Assembly (NCBI GenBank): GCA_902622825.1
Contig: CACNRH010000001.1
Span: 12,765-76,764, forward strand
Direction: 5' to 3'
DNA from: an uncultured Pelagibacteraceae bacterium
Lineage (GTDB): Bacteria > Pseudomonadota > Alphaproteobacteria > Pelagibacterales > Pelagibacteraceae
Length of the DNA stretch: 64,000 nt
The position numbers were made by a program, and so were the translations under genes. How positions within the stretch are numbered: the first letter of the stretch is position 1; the number at the start of each line of letters is the position of its first letter. Positions 50,285 through 61,503 of the stretch are shown piece after piece. Below the pieces are notes generated by a model. The model saw only the letters and a list, made by a program, of their open reading frames with translations, was not told the DNA's origin and did not search any database.

Positions 50285-52216
50285 TTAGGCGCTTTTTTCT
50301 TTATCTTCTTTTACGTCTTCAAAATCGGCGTCAACTACGTTTTCTTTATTTTCACCTTTGGTTTTGTCATCTTTGTTTTGATCTCCGTCATCTTTCTTAT
50401 TTTGAGATTGTTGCTGATTTTTGTAAACAGCTTCACCAAGTTTCATAGAGACCTGAATTAGACTTTGTGTCTTTTTTTTCACGTCTTCAACATCGGTTCC
50501 TTTTAAAGAATTTTTTAAATCTGAAATAGCACTTTCAATAGCCTTTTTCTCTTCTGCTGAGATTTTATCTCCATGTTCTTTTAAACTTTTTTCTGTAGAG
50601 AAAACTAGGCTGTCAGCTTGATTTCTTGCATCAACTGTTTCTCTTTTCTTTTTATCCGCTTCTTTGTTTGCCTCAGCGTCTTTAACCATTTTATTAATCT
50701 CTTCGTCAGATAATCCTCCTGAAGCCTGTATCTGGATTTTTTGCTCTTTCTGTGTACCCTTGTCTTTCGCAGAAACACTCACTATTCCGTTTGCATCTAT
50801 ATCAAACGTTACTTCAATTTGAGGTGTACCTCTTGGTGCAGGTGGAATACCAACTAGCTCGAAATTCCCTAATTGCTTGTTGTCAGCTGCCATCTCTCTT
50901 TCACCTTGAAGAACTCTAATCGAAACTGCCGGTTGATTATCTTCAGCAGTAGAAAATACCTGACTTTTTTTTGTAGGTATTGTTGTGTTTTTCTCTATTA
51001 ATTTCGTTGAAACACCTCCGAGTGTTTCAATTCCTAAAGAAAGAGGAGTAACATCTAAAAGCAGCACATCTTTCACATCTCCTTGGAGTACCCCAGCTTG
51101 AATTGCGGCACCCATAGCAACAACTTCATCTGGGTTTACACTTTTGTTTGGTTCTTTTCCAAAAAAGTTTTTAACAGTTTCAATTATTTTTGGCATTCTT
51201 GTCATTCCACCCACTAAAACTACCTCATTAATTTCAGCAGCGGAAAAACCAGAGTCTTTTAAAGCAGTTTTGCACGGCTCTAAAGTTTTATCAATAAGAG
51301 ATTGAACTAAGGCCTCTAATTTAGCTCTTGAAAATTTTAAATTTAAATGTTTGGGACCACTTTTATCAGCAGTTATAAAAGGTAAATTTATCTCTGTTTG
51401 TGCTGCAGAGGATAATTCGATTTTAGCTTTTTCAGAAGCTTCCTTAAGTCTCTGCAAGGCGAGTTTATCTGTCTTCAAATCAATACCATTGTCTTTTTTA
51501 AACTCACTTGCCAAATAATCTACGATAGCGTCATCAAAGTCTTCACCACCTAAAAAAGTATCACCGTTAGTTGACTTAACTTCAAATACCCCATCGCCAA
51601 TCTCTAATATAGATATATCAAATGTACCACCACCTAGATCGTATACCGCTATTTTTTTTCCACCCTTCTTATCGAGACCATAAGCAAGTGAAGCAGCTGT
51701 TGGTTCATTTATAATTCTTAAAACTTCTAAACCAGCAATTTTACCGGCATCCTTTGTTGCTTGTCTCTGAGAGTCATTAAAATATGCTGGAACTGTTATA
51801 ACAGCTTTAGTAACAGCTTGGCCTAAGTATTTCTCAGCAGTTTCTTTCATTTTTTGTAGAACAAATGCCGAAATTTGGGATGGTGAATATTTTTTACTTT
51901 TACCCTCGACCCAGGCATCACCATTATCAGATTTAATAATTTTATAGGGTACTTTCGAAATGTCTTTTTGTACCGAAGGACCGTCAAATTTTCTTCCGAT
52001 TAATCTCTTTACCGCATATATTGTGTCACTAGGATTTGTAACTGCTTGCCTCTTTGCAGGCTGCCCAACTAATTTTTCATCTTTTTCCAAAAAAGCAACG
52101 ACCGAGGGCGTAGTTCTTGCACCTTCAGTGTTCTCTAAAACTTTAGCTTGTGAGCCATCCATAATCGCTACACAAGAGTTTGTTGTTCCTAAATCTATTC
52201 CTATTACTCTACTCAT
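50285..52216 (-). CDS. dnaK: chaperone DnaK
   Basis: [32 protein letters not shown]. Confidence 0.99.
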   Translation of the reverse strand: MSRVIGIDLGTTNSCVAIMDGSQAKVLENTEGARTTPSVVAFLEKDEKLVGQPAKRQAVTNPSDTIYAVKRLIGRKFDGPSVQKDISKVPYKIIKSDNGDAWVEGKSKKYSPSQISAFVLQKMKETAEKYLGQAVTKAVITVPAYFNDSQRQATKDAGKIAGLEVLRIINEPTAASLAYGLDKKGGKKIAVYDLGGGTFDISILEIGDGVFEVKSTNGDTFLGGEDFDDAIVDYLASEFKKDNGIDLKTDKLALQRLKEASEKAKIELSSAAQTEINLPFITADKSGPKHLNLKFSRAKLEALVQSLIDKTLEPCKTALKDSGFSAAEINEVVLVGGMTRMPKIIETVKNFFGKEPNKSVNPDEVVAMGAAIQAGVLQGDVKDVLLLDVTPLSLGIETLGGVSTKLIEKNTTIPTKKSQVFSTAEDNQPAVSIRVLQGEREMAADNKQLGNFELVGIPPAPRGTPQIEVTFDIDANGIVSVSAKDKGTQKEQKIQIQASGGLSDEEINKMVKDAEANKEADKKKRETVDARNQADSLVFSTEKSLKEHGDKISAEEKKAIESAISDLKNSLKGTDVEDVKKKTQSLIQVSMKLGEAVYKNQQQSQNKKDDGDQNKDDKTKGENKENVVDADFEDVKEDKEKSA

Positions 52217-52238
52217 AATTTAATCCTTAATGACTTTC

Positions 52239-52266
52239 ATATGGGTGTTTTTTTTCAAACTACAAG
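52239..52266 (-). promoter_or_regulatory. sigma-32 (RpoH) promoter of dnaK
   Basis: CTTGTA-N15-CCCATAT on minus strand. Confidence 0.75.
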
Positions 52267-52878
52267 TCATTCTTTGTCTTTATTTTCAACCTTTTTTTCA
52301 GATTTTTCAGCCTTTTTTTTAGAAACACCAACAAAAGATGGTCTTAAAAGCCTATCTCCAAAGGTATAGCCAGGCTGTATCTCTTGAATTACTTTACCAG
52401 GTTCTGAATTTTCGTCATCGATCTCCAACATTGCTTGATGAAAATTTGGGTCAAATATTTTACCAACGCAATGAATTTTTTTTATATTATTTTTTTCAAA
52501 TATAGAGACAAGATCTTTTTCTAAAATTTCAATATTATTTAAAAATTTATTAAACTCTTTACTTTCTTTCAAAGTTTTATCGTTTTGCATGGATAGTTTT
52601 GCTCTTTGTAAATTATCTAAAATTGACAATGTTTCTTTAGCAAAATTAAACCCTCCAAACTCAAAGGCATCTTTGATTTCCTTTTCAAATCTTCTTCTTT
52701 GGTTTTCCTGCTCTGCTAAAGCCCTAAGTAATTTTTCCTCAAGGTCTTTGAGTTTAACTTGGTCGGTAGACACGTTTTTATCAATAGCCTCTTCAGAAGT
52801 GTTTACAGTAGGATGCTCTGACTTATCCTGGTTCTGATCGATATTATCGTTATTTTTAGCTTCACTTTTATCTGACAT
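52267..52878 (-). CDS. grpE: nucleotide exchange factor GrpE
   Basis: LRALAE.EN.RRR, DNL.RA, FDPN.HQA, GY...DRLLRP. Confidence 0.96.
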   Translation of the reverse strand: MSDKSEAKNNDNIDQNQDKSEHPTVNTSEEAIDKNVSTDQVKLKDLEEKLLRALAEQENQRRRFEKEIKDAFEFGGFNFAKETLSILDNLQRAKLSMQNDKTLKESKEFNKFLNNIEILEKDLVSIFEKNNIKKIHCVGKIFDPNFHQAMLEIDDENSEPGKVIQEIQPGYTFGDRLLRPSFVGVSKKKAEKSEKKVENKDKE

Positions 52879-52885
52879 ACATTGT

Positions 52886-52913
52886 ATATAGGGTTAAAAA
52901 TATAAATTTCTAG
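52886..52913 (-). promoter_or_regulatory. sigma-32-like promoter of grpE
   Basis: CTAGAA-N15-CCTATAT, 7 nt before ATG. Confidence 0.6.
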
Positions 52914-52918
52914 GCATT

Positions 52919-53506
52919 ATGCTAAAAAAAAATAAATTGGTCGTTGGTACACATAATAAGGGCAAATTTAGAGAATTGTGCTATTTATTGCCAAAAAATT
53001 TAAAAAAGATCTCACCATTAGACCTTAAGATTAAAGCCCCAAAGGAAACCAGCAAAACTTTTAAAGGTAATTCTATTCTAAAGGCTAAGTATTTTTTCAA
53101 ACGTACTAGGTTAGCTTGTATTTCAGACGACTCTGGACTAGAAGTTGTTGCCTTAAAAAATAAACCTGGAATTTACTCGGCGCGTTGGGCAAAAAAACTT
53201 GGCAGTTTCAACTTTGCCATGAAAAGAATTTTAAATTTACTTAAAACCAAAAAAAACAGAAACGCTTATTTTGTTTGTTCGTTAACTTTAATCAATGAAA
53301 AAGGAAAAATATTAAATTCTACCTATCGATTACAGGGAAAAATATCTCATAAAATACTTGGGAAAAATGGTTTTGGTTATGACTCAATTTTCATTCCCAA
53401 GGGCTACAAAAAAACATTCGGACAAACAACAAAAAAAAAGAAAATGAGAATGGATCACAGATTTTATGCTTTCAAAAAATTACGAAAGTACCCTAATATT
53501 TTTTAA
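52919..53506 (+). CDS. rdgB: non-canonical purine NTP pyrophosphatase
   Basis: T.N.GK..E, N...KA, DDSGL, PG.YSARW, GFGYD.IF, HR. Confidence 0.93.
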   Translation: MLKKNKLVVGTHNKGKFRELCYLLPKNLKKISPLDLKIKAPKETSKTFKGNSILKAKYFFKRTRLACISDDSGLEVVALKNKPGIYSARWAKKLGSFNFAMKRILNLLKTKKNRNAYFVCSLTLINEKGKILNSTYRLQGKISHKILGKNGFGYDSIFIPKGYKKTFGQTTKKKKMRMDHRFYAFKKLRKYPNIF

Positions 53507-54647
53507 ATTTACCACCATCTGTTACATACATATTTAAATCTTGAAGTGTTTTTTGTTTTTTAAATTTGAAGTAACCTATTTTACCCTTAATTCTTTTGTC
53601 TATATTAAAATTATTTATTGAAATTGATTTTTTGCCGCTTTTCCATAAGTAATAAACTAATCCTATAGCATCGTAAGCAAGAATTGTTATTTCGTTCGGC
53701 TCACTAAAAAAATTGTCTCTATATTTCACTTTGAATTTATTGAAATTATTTAAATTGACTGACGGAAAATATAATTTTTTTAGAGAGTTTTCAAAAAATA
53801 GGCTTTTGTCAAACCATTGATTTAGAGTTGCGAACAACACATCATTTTGGTCTACATCTTGAAAAATTAATGTAGAAATTACACTTTTTAAACTATTTCC
53901 AAAATCTAATATTACAACTGAGTCAAAATTTACTTTCCCCAATGTATATTTTTGCTCCAGTAGTTCCAGTTCTCTTTGAGATGATAAATCATCTCTTTTT
54001 TCTAAAACTTTTTTTCTAATTTTTAAGTTTCTTTTTCTTTGTTCATAATTTGTTATTTTTTCCAACTGCCCGGTCAAAATTTCTTGGTCTGGAGTATATT
54101 TGAAAATTTTATTAATATTGAAATCTAAGTTTTTTAAAACTTTTTGAATAAAATCAGCATTTTGGTCATCTGGATATAAAAGCACAGTTTTCGTTTTTTT
54201 TTCTTTCTTTAAAAGTCTTTCTATTGCCTTGAGTTGAGATTCTAAATTTATTCCAACGCTAACTACATTTCCTTTAAACTCTGAGTTATAATTAGATGGT
54301 GAAACGAAAATTGTATCTGGGTATTTATTTGCAATATCAAAATCTTTGTAACTTATTGGACCAATAATTATGTCTACGTCAAAGCTCTTTATATCTTTAA
54401 TGGCGTTATCAATTTTCTTTTTATCATTAAAACCAGAGTCTCTTGGGATTATAATTATATTTTCATCATTTATTTCATCAAGAGCCATCTGAGTTGCAAA
54501 AAGTATTGAAGCCCCGATTTTTTCATATTTTCCTGACAGGGGCGCCAGAAGCCCAATCTTTAAAAGATTATCTTTTTCTTGTGCGAATAAACTGATATTA
54601 AAAAAAATGATAAGGTAAGTTAAATATACATGAAAAGTTTTTATCAT
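53493..54647 (-). CDS. periplasmic-binding-fold protein, LppC/LpoA-like
   Basis: Signal peptide, KIGLLAPLSG, IIGP, LAYDA; divergent from rsmI. Confidence 0.65.
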   Translation of the reverse strand: MIKTFHVYLTYLIIFFNISLFAQEKDNLLKIGLLAPLSGKYEKIGASILFATQMALDEINDENIIIIPRDSGFNDKKKIDNAIKDIKSFDVDIIIGPISYKDFDIANKYPDTIFVSPSNYNSEFKGNVVSVGINLESQLKAIERLLKKEKKTKTVLLYPDDQNADFIQKVLKNLDFNINKIFKYTPDQEILTGQLEKITNYEQRKRNLKIRKKVLEKRDDLSSQRELELLEQKYTLGKVNFDSVVILDFGNSLKSVISTLIFQDVDQNDVLFATLNQWFDKSLFFENSLKKLYFPSVNLNNFNKFKVKYRDNFFSEPNEITILAYDAIGLVYYLWKSGKKSISINNFNIDKRIKGKIGYFKFKKQKTLQDLNMYVTDGGKFKKY

Positions 54648-54652
54648 ATTAT

Positions 54653-55492
54653 ATGAGTTCTTTTAAAAAAGGATTATACATAGTTTCAACACCAATTGGT
54701 AACTTGGAGGATATTTCTTTAAGAGCGTTAAGTATATTAAAAAATTCAGATCTCATATATTGTGAAGATACTAGACATTCATCAAAATTATTAAATCATT
54801 ATAAAATTAAAAAAAAATTGATTTCTAACCATAAATTTAATGAAAAAAGTCAAGTTACTAAGGCTATTGAATATTTAAATCAGGGCAAAATTTTGTCATT
54901 AGTATCTGACTCTGGAACGCCAATACTGTCTGACCCAGGCAATATTTTAGTTAAGGAGTGTATTAATAAAAATATAAATATTTATACAATTCCTGGAGCT
55001 TCAGCCGTAATTTCTGCCATCACGTGCTCTGGCTTCGACAGCAAATTTTTGTTTTACGGCTTTCTTCCTAAAAAACAAGGAGAGCTAACAGACGTTTTAG
55101 AAAAATTGGAAAAAATCGAAAATACTTTAATATTTTTTGTTCCAGCTGTGAAATTTGTATTCTATTTAAAATTTTTTAAAATATATTTTTCTGATAGAAA
55201 AATTGTAATTGCTAGAGAAATGACGAAACTCCATGAGGAATATATCAGAGGAGAAGTTAATAACATAGACTCGAGTAAAATTAGTCTAAAGGGAGAGTTA
55301 ACAGTTGTAATTTCTGAAAAAAAAAATAATAAAGTAAGTATATCTAATGAGGAGTTAAAAAAAATGGTAAAATCAACTTTAAGAAAAAAAAGTGTAAAAG
55401 ATACAGTGCAATTTGTAGCAAGCAAAAACAATATTTCAAAGAAAATAATTTATCAACTATGCTTAGAAATAAATGAAAAAAAAGATAATTAA
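54653..55492 (+). CDS. rsmI: 16S rRNA C1402 2'-O-methyltransferase
   Basis: LYIVSTPIGNL.DI, CEDTR, SD.GTP..SDPG, RE.TK.HEE, KGE. Confidence 0.96.
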   Translation: MSSFKKGLYIVSTPIGNLEDISLRALSILKNSDLIYCEDTRHSSKLLNHYKIKKKLISNHKFNEKSQVTKAIEYLNQGKILSLVSDSGTPILSDPGNILVKECINKNINIYTIPGASAVISAITCSGFDSKFLFYGFLPKKQGELTDVLEKLEKIENTLIFFVPAVKFVFYLKFFKIYFSDRKIVIAREMTKLHEEYIRGEVNNIDSSKISLKGELTVVISEKKNNKVSISNEELKKMVKSTLRKKSVKDTVQFVASKNNISKKIIYQLCLEINEKKDN

Positions 55493-56066
55493 TTTTATTT
55501 TTATCATTTTAGTTTTTTGGTCGCTATCGAACTGTACTAAAGTTGGTAGATTTGGAACGGGAGTTGATATTACATTTGATCCAAGGACAATTGGTATGCA
55601 AATTGATGACTCAATAATGCAAAAAAATTTGAAAGCTAGATTATCTTTATTTAAGAAGGAATATTTGTTAGGCATTCAAGTCGAAGTTTTAGATGGTCGT
55701 ATTTTTTTATCAGGTAAAGTTAATGATCCCGAAGAAAAACTAAAAGTTACAAAAATGGCCTGGGAGACAAATGGCGCAAGATCAGTAAAAAACGCAGTAA
55801 CTATTAAGGGAAGATCTGATTTTAAATCTACTGCCAAGGATGTTCTAATAACAAGTCAATTAAGAACTGCATTAATTTTTAATAAAAAAACTAAATCTAG
55901 AAATTACACCTTAGAAACCATTAATCAAAATATATATATATTTGGAATAGCCATGAGTGAAGAAGAGAAAAAAGCTGTCATAACAGAAGCCAAAGAAATA
56001 TATGATGTTAAGAACGTGATACCATCAATTTATCTAGTCACCCAATTAAGTAGGTACAAAAATTAA
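55473..56066 (+). CDS. dual-BON-domain lipoprotein (DolP/YraP-like)
   Basis: Lipobox LSNC, RTIG.QIDD, GR..L.G.V, D..IT. Confidence 0.85.
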   Translation: MKKKIINFIFIILVFWSLSNCTKVGRFGTGVDITFDPRTIGMQIDDSIMQKNLKARLSLFKKEYLLGIQVEVLDGRIFLSGKVNDPEEKLKVTKMAWETNGARSVKNAVTIKGRSDFKSTAKDVLITSQLRTALIFNKKTKSRNYTLETINQNIYIFGIAMSEEEKKAVITEAKEIYDVKNVIPSIYLVTQLSRYKN

Positions 56067-58348
56067 TTTTTATCATAGTCAATAACATCCGCAGAGTACG
56101 CAGCTATTGATGCTAAATTTAAGATATCGGATGTCGTAGATCGTAAAGGAGCTACTTCTATGGGTTGGTCCAGACCAATTAATAATGGGCCGATTAACTT
56201 TGCTCCCCCAAAAGATTTCATTAATTTTGTAGATATTGCTGCGCTGTGTAATGCTGGCATAATTAAAATATTTGCATTTCCAACTATTTTTGAAAAAGGA
56301 TAAATTTCTTTATAAATTGGATTTAGAGCAACATCAGGCTGCATTTCACCATCAAAATCAAAGTCAACATCTTTACTTTTTAGTATTTCAATAGCCTCTC
56401 TTACGTGTTTAGTATTTCTTGATATTGGCTTACCAAATGTTGAATGTGATAAGAAAGCTACTTTTGGCTCAAATCCAAATAGACGAGATACTCTCACACA
56501 TGATTTTGCTACTTCGACAAGCCGTTCAGAAGAGGGAAAATCTTGAACATTTGTGTCCGCCACAAGCACTGTTCTTCCTTTAAAAACTATCATGGTTAAT
56601 CCAAAAATAGGTTCCCCCTTTCTTGCGCTACAAACGTGTTTCAATTTTTCTACTGATGCTGCATAGTGTCTAATATTCCCTGTGACCATCGCATCAGCGT
56701 CCTTACATGCAAGCATAGACGCACCAAAAGCAATTCGGTCGTTTCTTACTAATCTATCTACGTCTCTTTCAAGTTGTCCTGTTCTCTGGAGTTTTTTATA
56801 AAGATATTTAGAATACTTTTCTCTTTTTTCCTTATCAGTGGAATTTACGATTTTTATTTTATAATTTTCGTCTAGCCCAACTTTATTCAAGGTTTCTTTA
56901 ACTCTTTTTTCGTTACCTATTACGATTGGTGTTCCTAGTTTATTTTTTCCAAATTCAATTGCAGCTTTAAGCATACTTTCGTCCTCACCTTCTGCGAATA
57001 TCACTCTCTTAGGGTTTTTTCTAACTTTAGAGTTGATACCTTGCATGATTGACATTGAAGGATCTAATCTATTAGTAAGTTTATCTTTATAATCCTCAAA
57101 ATTATCTATTTTTTTTCTCGCCGCACCGCTTTTAATTGCAGCCTCTGCAACTGCAGCCGGAATGACACTTATCAACCTCGGGTCAAATGTAGATGGAATA
57201 ATATATCTTTTTCCAAATTTAGGTCGTTCACCACCATATGCCGCAACAACTTCATCTGGTACCTCTTCTCTTGCTAATAGCGCAATAGCTTTTGCAGCAG
57301 CCATCTTCATTTCATCATTAATAATTTTTGCCCTAACATCTAATGCTCCTCTAAATATATATGGAAAACCTATCAAATTATTAACTTGATTAGGGTAATC
57401 GGATCTTCCGGTCGCAACTATCGCATCACTTCTTACTTCATCAATAAGTTCAGGTTTAATCTCCGGATCAGGATTAGCGCAGGCAAATATTATAGGGTTT
57501 TTGCCCATTGACTTTACCATCTGTTTCGTTACCACGTCTTTTGCAGATAATCCCAAGAATACGTCCGCACCTTTCATTGCATCTTCAAGAGTTCGTAATT
57601 TAGTTTCTAGCGCAAAAGCAGATTTAAATTGATCGACTTTTTCCCTACCTTTATAGATAACCCCTTTTCTATCACACATGACGAGATTTTCATTTTTCAC
57701 ACCTGATAATTTAAAAAGATTTGCACAGGCGATTGCCGATGCTCCTGCGCCATTAATAACTATTTTGGCCTTATGAATTTTTTTTTTAGAAATATCTAAA
57801 GCATTAATTAATGCAGCTGTTGTAATAATAGCTGTTCCATGTTGATCATCATGAAATACAGGTATATCTAAAACTTCTCTCAGTTTCTGTTCTATTATAA
57901 AACACGCTGGTGCAGCAATATCTTCGAGATTTATTCCACCAAAAGTCCCCGCAATATTTCTTATAGTATTTACAATTTCATCTGTATCTGAACTATCAAC
58001 TTCAATGTCAATAGAATCAATGTCGGCGAATCTTTTAAATAAAACTGCTTTACCTTCCATTACAGGCTTAGAGGCTAAAGAACCTAAATTACCCAAACCC
58101 AAAATAGCGGAACCATTACTAATTACGGCTACAAGATTTCCTTTAGAGGTGTAATCGTAAGATGCATCAGGATTTTTAGATATTGCTTTAACGGGTGCCG
58201 CAACACCAGGCGAGTATGCAAGTGATAAATCTCTTTTGGTGGTTAAAGACTTAGACGAAATAACCTCAATTTTGCCAGACTTACCATTTATATGAAAATC
58301 CAGAGCTTCTTTATCAGTATAATGATCAATTTTTGATTTTTTTGTCAT
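56063..58348 (-). CDS. maeB: NADP-dependent malic enzyme with PTA-like domain
   Basis: LAYSPGVA, KPVMEGK, HDDQHGTA, GRSDYPNQVNN, FAEGE, DGEMQ.D.AL. Confidence 0.96.
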   Translation of the reverse strand: MTKKSKIDHYTDKEALDFHINGKSGKIEVISSKSLTTKRDLSLAYSPGVAAPVKAISKNPDASYDYTSKGNLVAVISNGSAILGLGNLGSLASKPVMEGKAVLFKRFADIDSIDIEVDSSDTDEIVNTIRNIAGTFGGINLEDIAAPACFIIEQKLREVLDIPVFHDDQHGTAIITTAALINALDISKKKIHKAKIVINGAGASAIACANLFKLSGVKNENLVMCDRKGVIYKGREKVDQFKSAFALETKLRTLEDAMKGADVFLGLSAKDVVTKQMVKSMGKNPIIFACANPDPEIKPELIDEVRSDAIVATGRSDYPNQVNNLIGFPYIFRGALDVRAKIINDEMKMAAAKAIALLAREEVPDEVVAAYGGERPKFGKRYIIPSTFDPRLISVIPAAVAEAAIKSGAARKKIDNFEDYKDKLTNRLDPSMSIMQGINSKVRKNPKRVIFAEGEDESMLKAAIEFGKNKLGTPIVIGNEKRVKETLNKVGLDENYKIKIVNSTDKEKREKYSKYLYKKLQRTGQLERDVDRLVRNDRIAFGASMLACKDADAMVTGNIRHYAASVEKLKHVCSARKGEPIFGLTMIVFKGRTVLVADTNVQDFPSSERLVEVAKSCVRVSRLFGFEPKVAFLSHSTFGKPISRNTKHVREAIEILKSKDVDFDFDGEMQPDVALNPIYKEIYPFSKIVGNANILIMPALHSAAISTKLMKSFGGAKLIGPLLIGLDQPIEVAPLRSTTSDILNLASIAAYSADVIDYDKN

Positions 58349-58405
58349 TGATTAATAATTATGTAATATAAAGTAACATAAATCACTGATAAATTTGGCT
58401 TAATT

Positions 58406-59935
58406 ATGAATTTACTATCATCAGCTACTGTATTTAGTTTTTTTACCTTAATAAGCAGATTTTTAGGATATATCAGAGATATTTTGATAGCTTTTTTTTT
58501 GGGCGCCTCTATATATGCAGATGCTTTTTTTGTTGCCTTCAGGCTTCCTAACACATTTAGACGGCTTTTTGCCGAGGGTACTTTCAATGCAGCTTTTATC
58601 CCAAGCTACACTAAAGAAAAAATCAAAGGATCTCTTAATGGAAAAAGATTTGCAGATGAAGTTTTGTTCTTATTAATTGTTACTTTATTAGCTATAATTT
58701 TTATTGTCGAAATATTTACACCTTTTGTAATTTTTCTAATTGCCCCTGGTTTTGTTGAGAATGACCTAAAATATAATTTGGCAATAGAATTCTCAAGAAT
58801 TACTTTTCCATTTTTATTATTTGTAAGTATATCGTCCTTTTTTTCTGGAATACTTAATGCAAATAATAAATTTGCAGCTGCAGCAGCTGCACCAATAATT
58901 TTAAATATTGTTTTAATAATATCACTTGTTGTTTCTTACATTTCCGACTCAGACTACGCCAAAAACTTGTCTTATGGTGTTTCTTTATCAGGATTTATTC
59001 AAATGATTTTTTTGGCGTATTATTCAAAAAAATACTATAAACCAAAATTTTTCTTATTAAAAAAAATAGAAAAAAAGGTAAAATTTTTTTTAAAAAAACT
59101 TGTACCAAGCATTTTCTCTTCAGGGGTAACTCAAATTAATATACTTGTTGGAACTATTATTGCATCTTTTGAAGCTGGCGCTGTTTCTTATTTATATTAC
59201 GCAGACAGAGTTTACCAAATAAATTTAGCTATTGCTGGTATCGCTGTTGGTATAGTTTCACTTCCGATTTTGTCTAAAGCTATTAAAAAGAGAAATAATG
59301 ACAATCAAATATCAAAAATACAAAATAAATCTATAGAGCTTACTTTGCTTCTGTCATTGCCTGCTAGTCTGGGGCTTATTTTAGCATCGGAGGAAATAAT
59401 TAGTGCGTTATTTGGATACGGGTCCTTTAGTGTGCAAGATACAAAAATAACTGCGACTGCATTATATTATTTTGGATTTGGTGTTCCAGCTTTTGCACTT
59501 ACTAAAGTCTTAGCAAACTTTTATTTTGCCAGAGATAATACGAAGACACCTTTTTACATTTCTGCATTAATTGTAGCAGTCAATATTATCATTAGTTTAT
59601 CTTTTTTTGAAAAGATTGGTTTTATAATAATACCTATTGCAACAACTATTTCCACTTGGATAGGGACGGGAATTTATTTTATTTTGTTAAGTAAAAAAAG
59701 ATTTTTTAATTTTAGTAATGAAACTCTGGGTAATATTTTTAAGATCATACTTTCAGTTATCGTTATGTCTATTTTACTTTACTTTGGTCTCATTTATTTT
59801 GAAGAAAAGCTAAATTATATTAATGTTTTTAAAGTTGTATATCTTTTATCAGGGATTATTTTTTTAGCGATTATTTATCTTATTTCATGTAATTTATTAG
59901 GTGTGTTAAAAATAAAAAATTATAAAATAATTTAA
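58406..59935 (+). CDS. murJ: lipid II flippase MurJ
   Basis: [39 protein letters not shown]. Confidence 0.96.
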   Translation: MNLLSSATVFSFFTLISRFLGYIRDILIAFFLGASIYADAFFVAFRLPNTFRRLFAEGTFNAAFIPSYTKEKIKGSLNGKRFADEVLFLLIVTLLAIIFIVEIFTPFVIFLIAPGFVENDLKYNLAIEFSRITFPFLLFVSISSFFSGILNANNKFAAAAAAPIILNIVLIISLVVSYISDSDYAKNLSYGVSLSGFIQMIFLAYYSKKYYKPKFFLLKKIEKKVKFFLKKLVPSIFSSGVTQINILVGTIIASFEAGAVSYLYYADRVYQINLAIAGIAVGIVSLPILSKAIKKRNNDNQISKIQNKSIELTLLLSLPASLGLILASEEIISALFGYGSFSVQDTKITATALYYFGFGVPAFALTKVLANFYFARDNTKTPFYISALIVAVNIIISLSFFEKIGFIIIPIATTISTWIGTGIYFILLSKKRFFNFSNETLGNIFKIILSVIVMSILLYFGLIYFEEKLNYINVFKVVYLLSGIIFLAIIYLISCNLLGVLKIKNYKII

Positions 59936-59937
59936 AT

Positions 59938-60936
59938 ATGAAAAAAATCGTTTTCTCAGGTGTGCAACCAACAGGGAATTTACATTTAGGTAATTATCTT
60001 GGTGCATTAAAAAATTTTGTTTCATTGCAGCACGAGGCAGAGTGTATCTACTGTGTGGTTGATCTACATGCAATTACCACTTTCCAAGATCCAAAAACCC
60101 TGAGAAGCAATATTTTCGAGACAACTGCTGCATTTATTGCATCCGGTATAGACGACAGTAAAAATATTATATTTAATCAATCTTCAGTTAGCGGTCATGC
60201 AGAATTATCATGGATATTAAGTTGCGTCTCCAGAATGGGATGGCTAAATAGAATGACTCAGTTCAAAGATAAGGCAGGAAAAGATAAGGAAAAGGCGAGC
60301 GTGGGTCTCTACATTTACCCAAATCTTATGGCTGCAGACATACTATTATATAAAGCTACCCATGTGCCTGTAGGCGCTGATCAAAAACAGCACCTGGAAC
60401 TTTCCAGGGACATAGCCCAAAAATTTAATAATGATTTTAAAGTTAGAAACTTTTTCCCAATACCAGAACCATTAATCCCCAAAAATATTTCTCGGGTTAT
60501 GAGTTTAAGAGATGGAACAAAAAAAATGAGCAAATCTGAAGAATCTGATTATTCAAGAATTAATTTATCCGACAACCCAGATTTAATTTCAAAAAAAATT
60601 AAAAAGGCGAAAACTGACTCTGGAAATATTCCAGATAACATCAAAGAGTTGGAAAAAAGGTCAGAAGCTTTTAATTTACTAAACATTTATTCAGAAATTG
60701 TAGGTCAAAAATTGGAGAAGGCACTTAATGAAATGAGTGGTAAAGATTTTTCATTTTTAAAAGATAAATTGAGTGAGGTATTAGTTGAAAAAATTTGTCC
60801 CATTGGAAAAAAAATGGACAAATTGATGCAAGATAAATCTCATTTAGAAAATATCATCAAAAAAGGCACTGAAAAAGCTAATATTAAAGCTGAGGAAAAC
60901 ATAAAAAAGATTCGTGAAATAATAGGATTTGTATAA
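59938..60936 (+). CDS. trpS: tryptophan--tRNA ligase
   Basis: SGVQPTG.LHLGN, YP.LMAADIL, VG.DQ.QH, KMSKS. Confidence 0.97.
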   Translation: MKKIVFSGVQPTGNLHLGNYLGALKNFVSLQHEAECIYCVVDLHAITTFQDPKTLRSNIFETTAAFIASGIDDSKNIIFNQSSVSGHAELSWILSCVSRMGWLNRMTQFKDKAGKDKEKASVGLYIYPNLMAADILLYKATHVPVGADQKQHLELSRDIAQKFNNDFKVRNFFPIPEPLIPKNISRVMSLRDGTKKMSKSEESDYSRINLSDNPDLISKKIKKAKTDSGNIPDNIKELEKRSEAFNLLNIYSEIVGQKLEKALNEMSGKDFSFLKDKLSEVLVEKICPIGKKMDKLMQDKSHLENIIKKGTEKANIKAEENIKKIREIIGFV

Positions 60937-60950
60937 TATAACCTATTAAA

Positions 60951-61502
60951 ATGATACAAACTGAAAAAACACCAAATCCTAATTCCATAAAATTCATATC
61001 TGAAAGAGTTATATCAAACTCTGGTACTGAGGAATTTCATAGCAAGAATTTAAACAAAATAAAAAATCCTTTTGTAAGGGAATTGTTGTCATTTAAGGGC
61101 GTAGAATTGATACTTTTATCTAAAAACTTTTTGACAGTAAAAAAAGACGATCATGTTACTTGGGACTCTCTTAAACCTACAGTCATATCTCACATGAATG
61201 ATTATTTTAATAAAAATAAATCTCCAGTTTGGGATAAAAGTGTGACTGACACAAAGAAATATGACGGAGAAGAGAATGAGATAGTTTCGAAAATAAATGA
61301 GGTTTTAGATACTAAAATTAGACCAGCAGTAGCTAGAGATGGTGGTGATATAAAGTTTAGATCATATGAAGATGGAGTAGTAAAAGTTGAACTCCAGGGA
61401 AGTTGTTCTGGTTGTCCAAGTTCACTTATGACATTAAAACAGGGAGTCCAAAATCTCCTTAAGCATTATGTCAAGGAAGTACAATCTGTAGAGGCGATTT
61501 AA
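60951..61502 (+). CDS. NifU/Nfu-family Fe-S carrier
   Basis: TE.TPNP N-domain; IRPAVARDGGD, GSCSGCPSS..TLK.G. Confidence 0.9.
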   Translation: MIQTEKTPNPNSIKFISERVISNSGTEEFHSKNLNKIKNPFVRELLSFKGVELILLSKNFLTVKKDDHVTWDSLKPTVISHMNDYFNKNKSPVWDKSVTDTKKYDGEENEIVSKINEVLDTKIRPAVARDGGDIKFRSYEDGVVKVELQGSCSGCPSSLMTLKQGVQNLLKHYVKEVQSVEAI

Positions 61503-61503
61503 T

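Noticed and set aside
435-58587. Many 60-146 aa ORFs antisense or out of frame to known genes (e.g. 435..671, 18435..18875, 39864..40280, 58345..58587)
   Set aside because: Shadows of well-identified genes with no motif or start context
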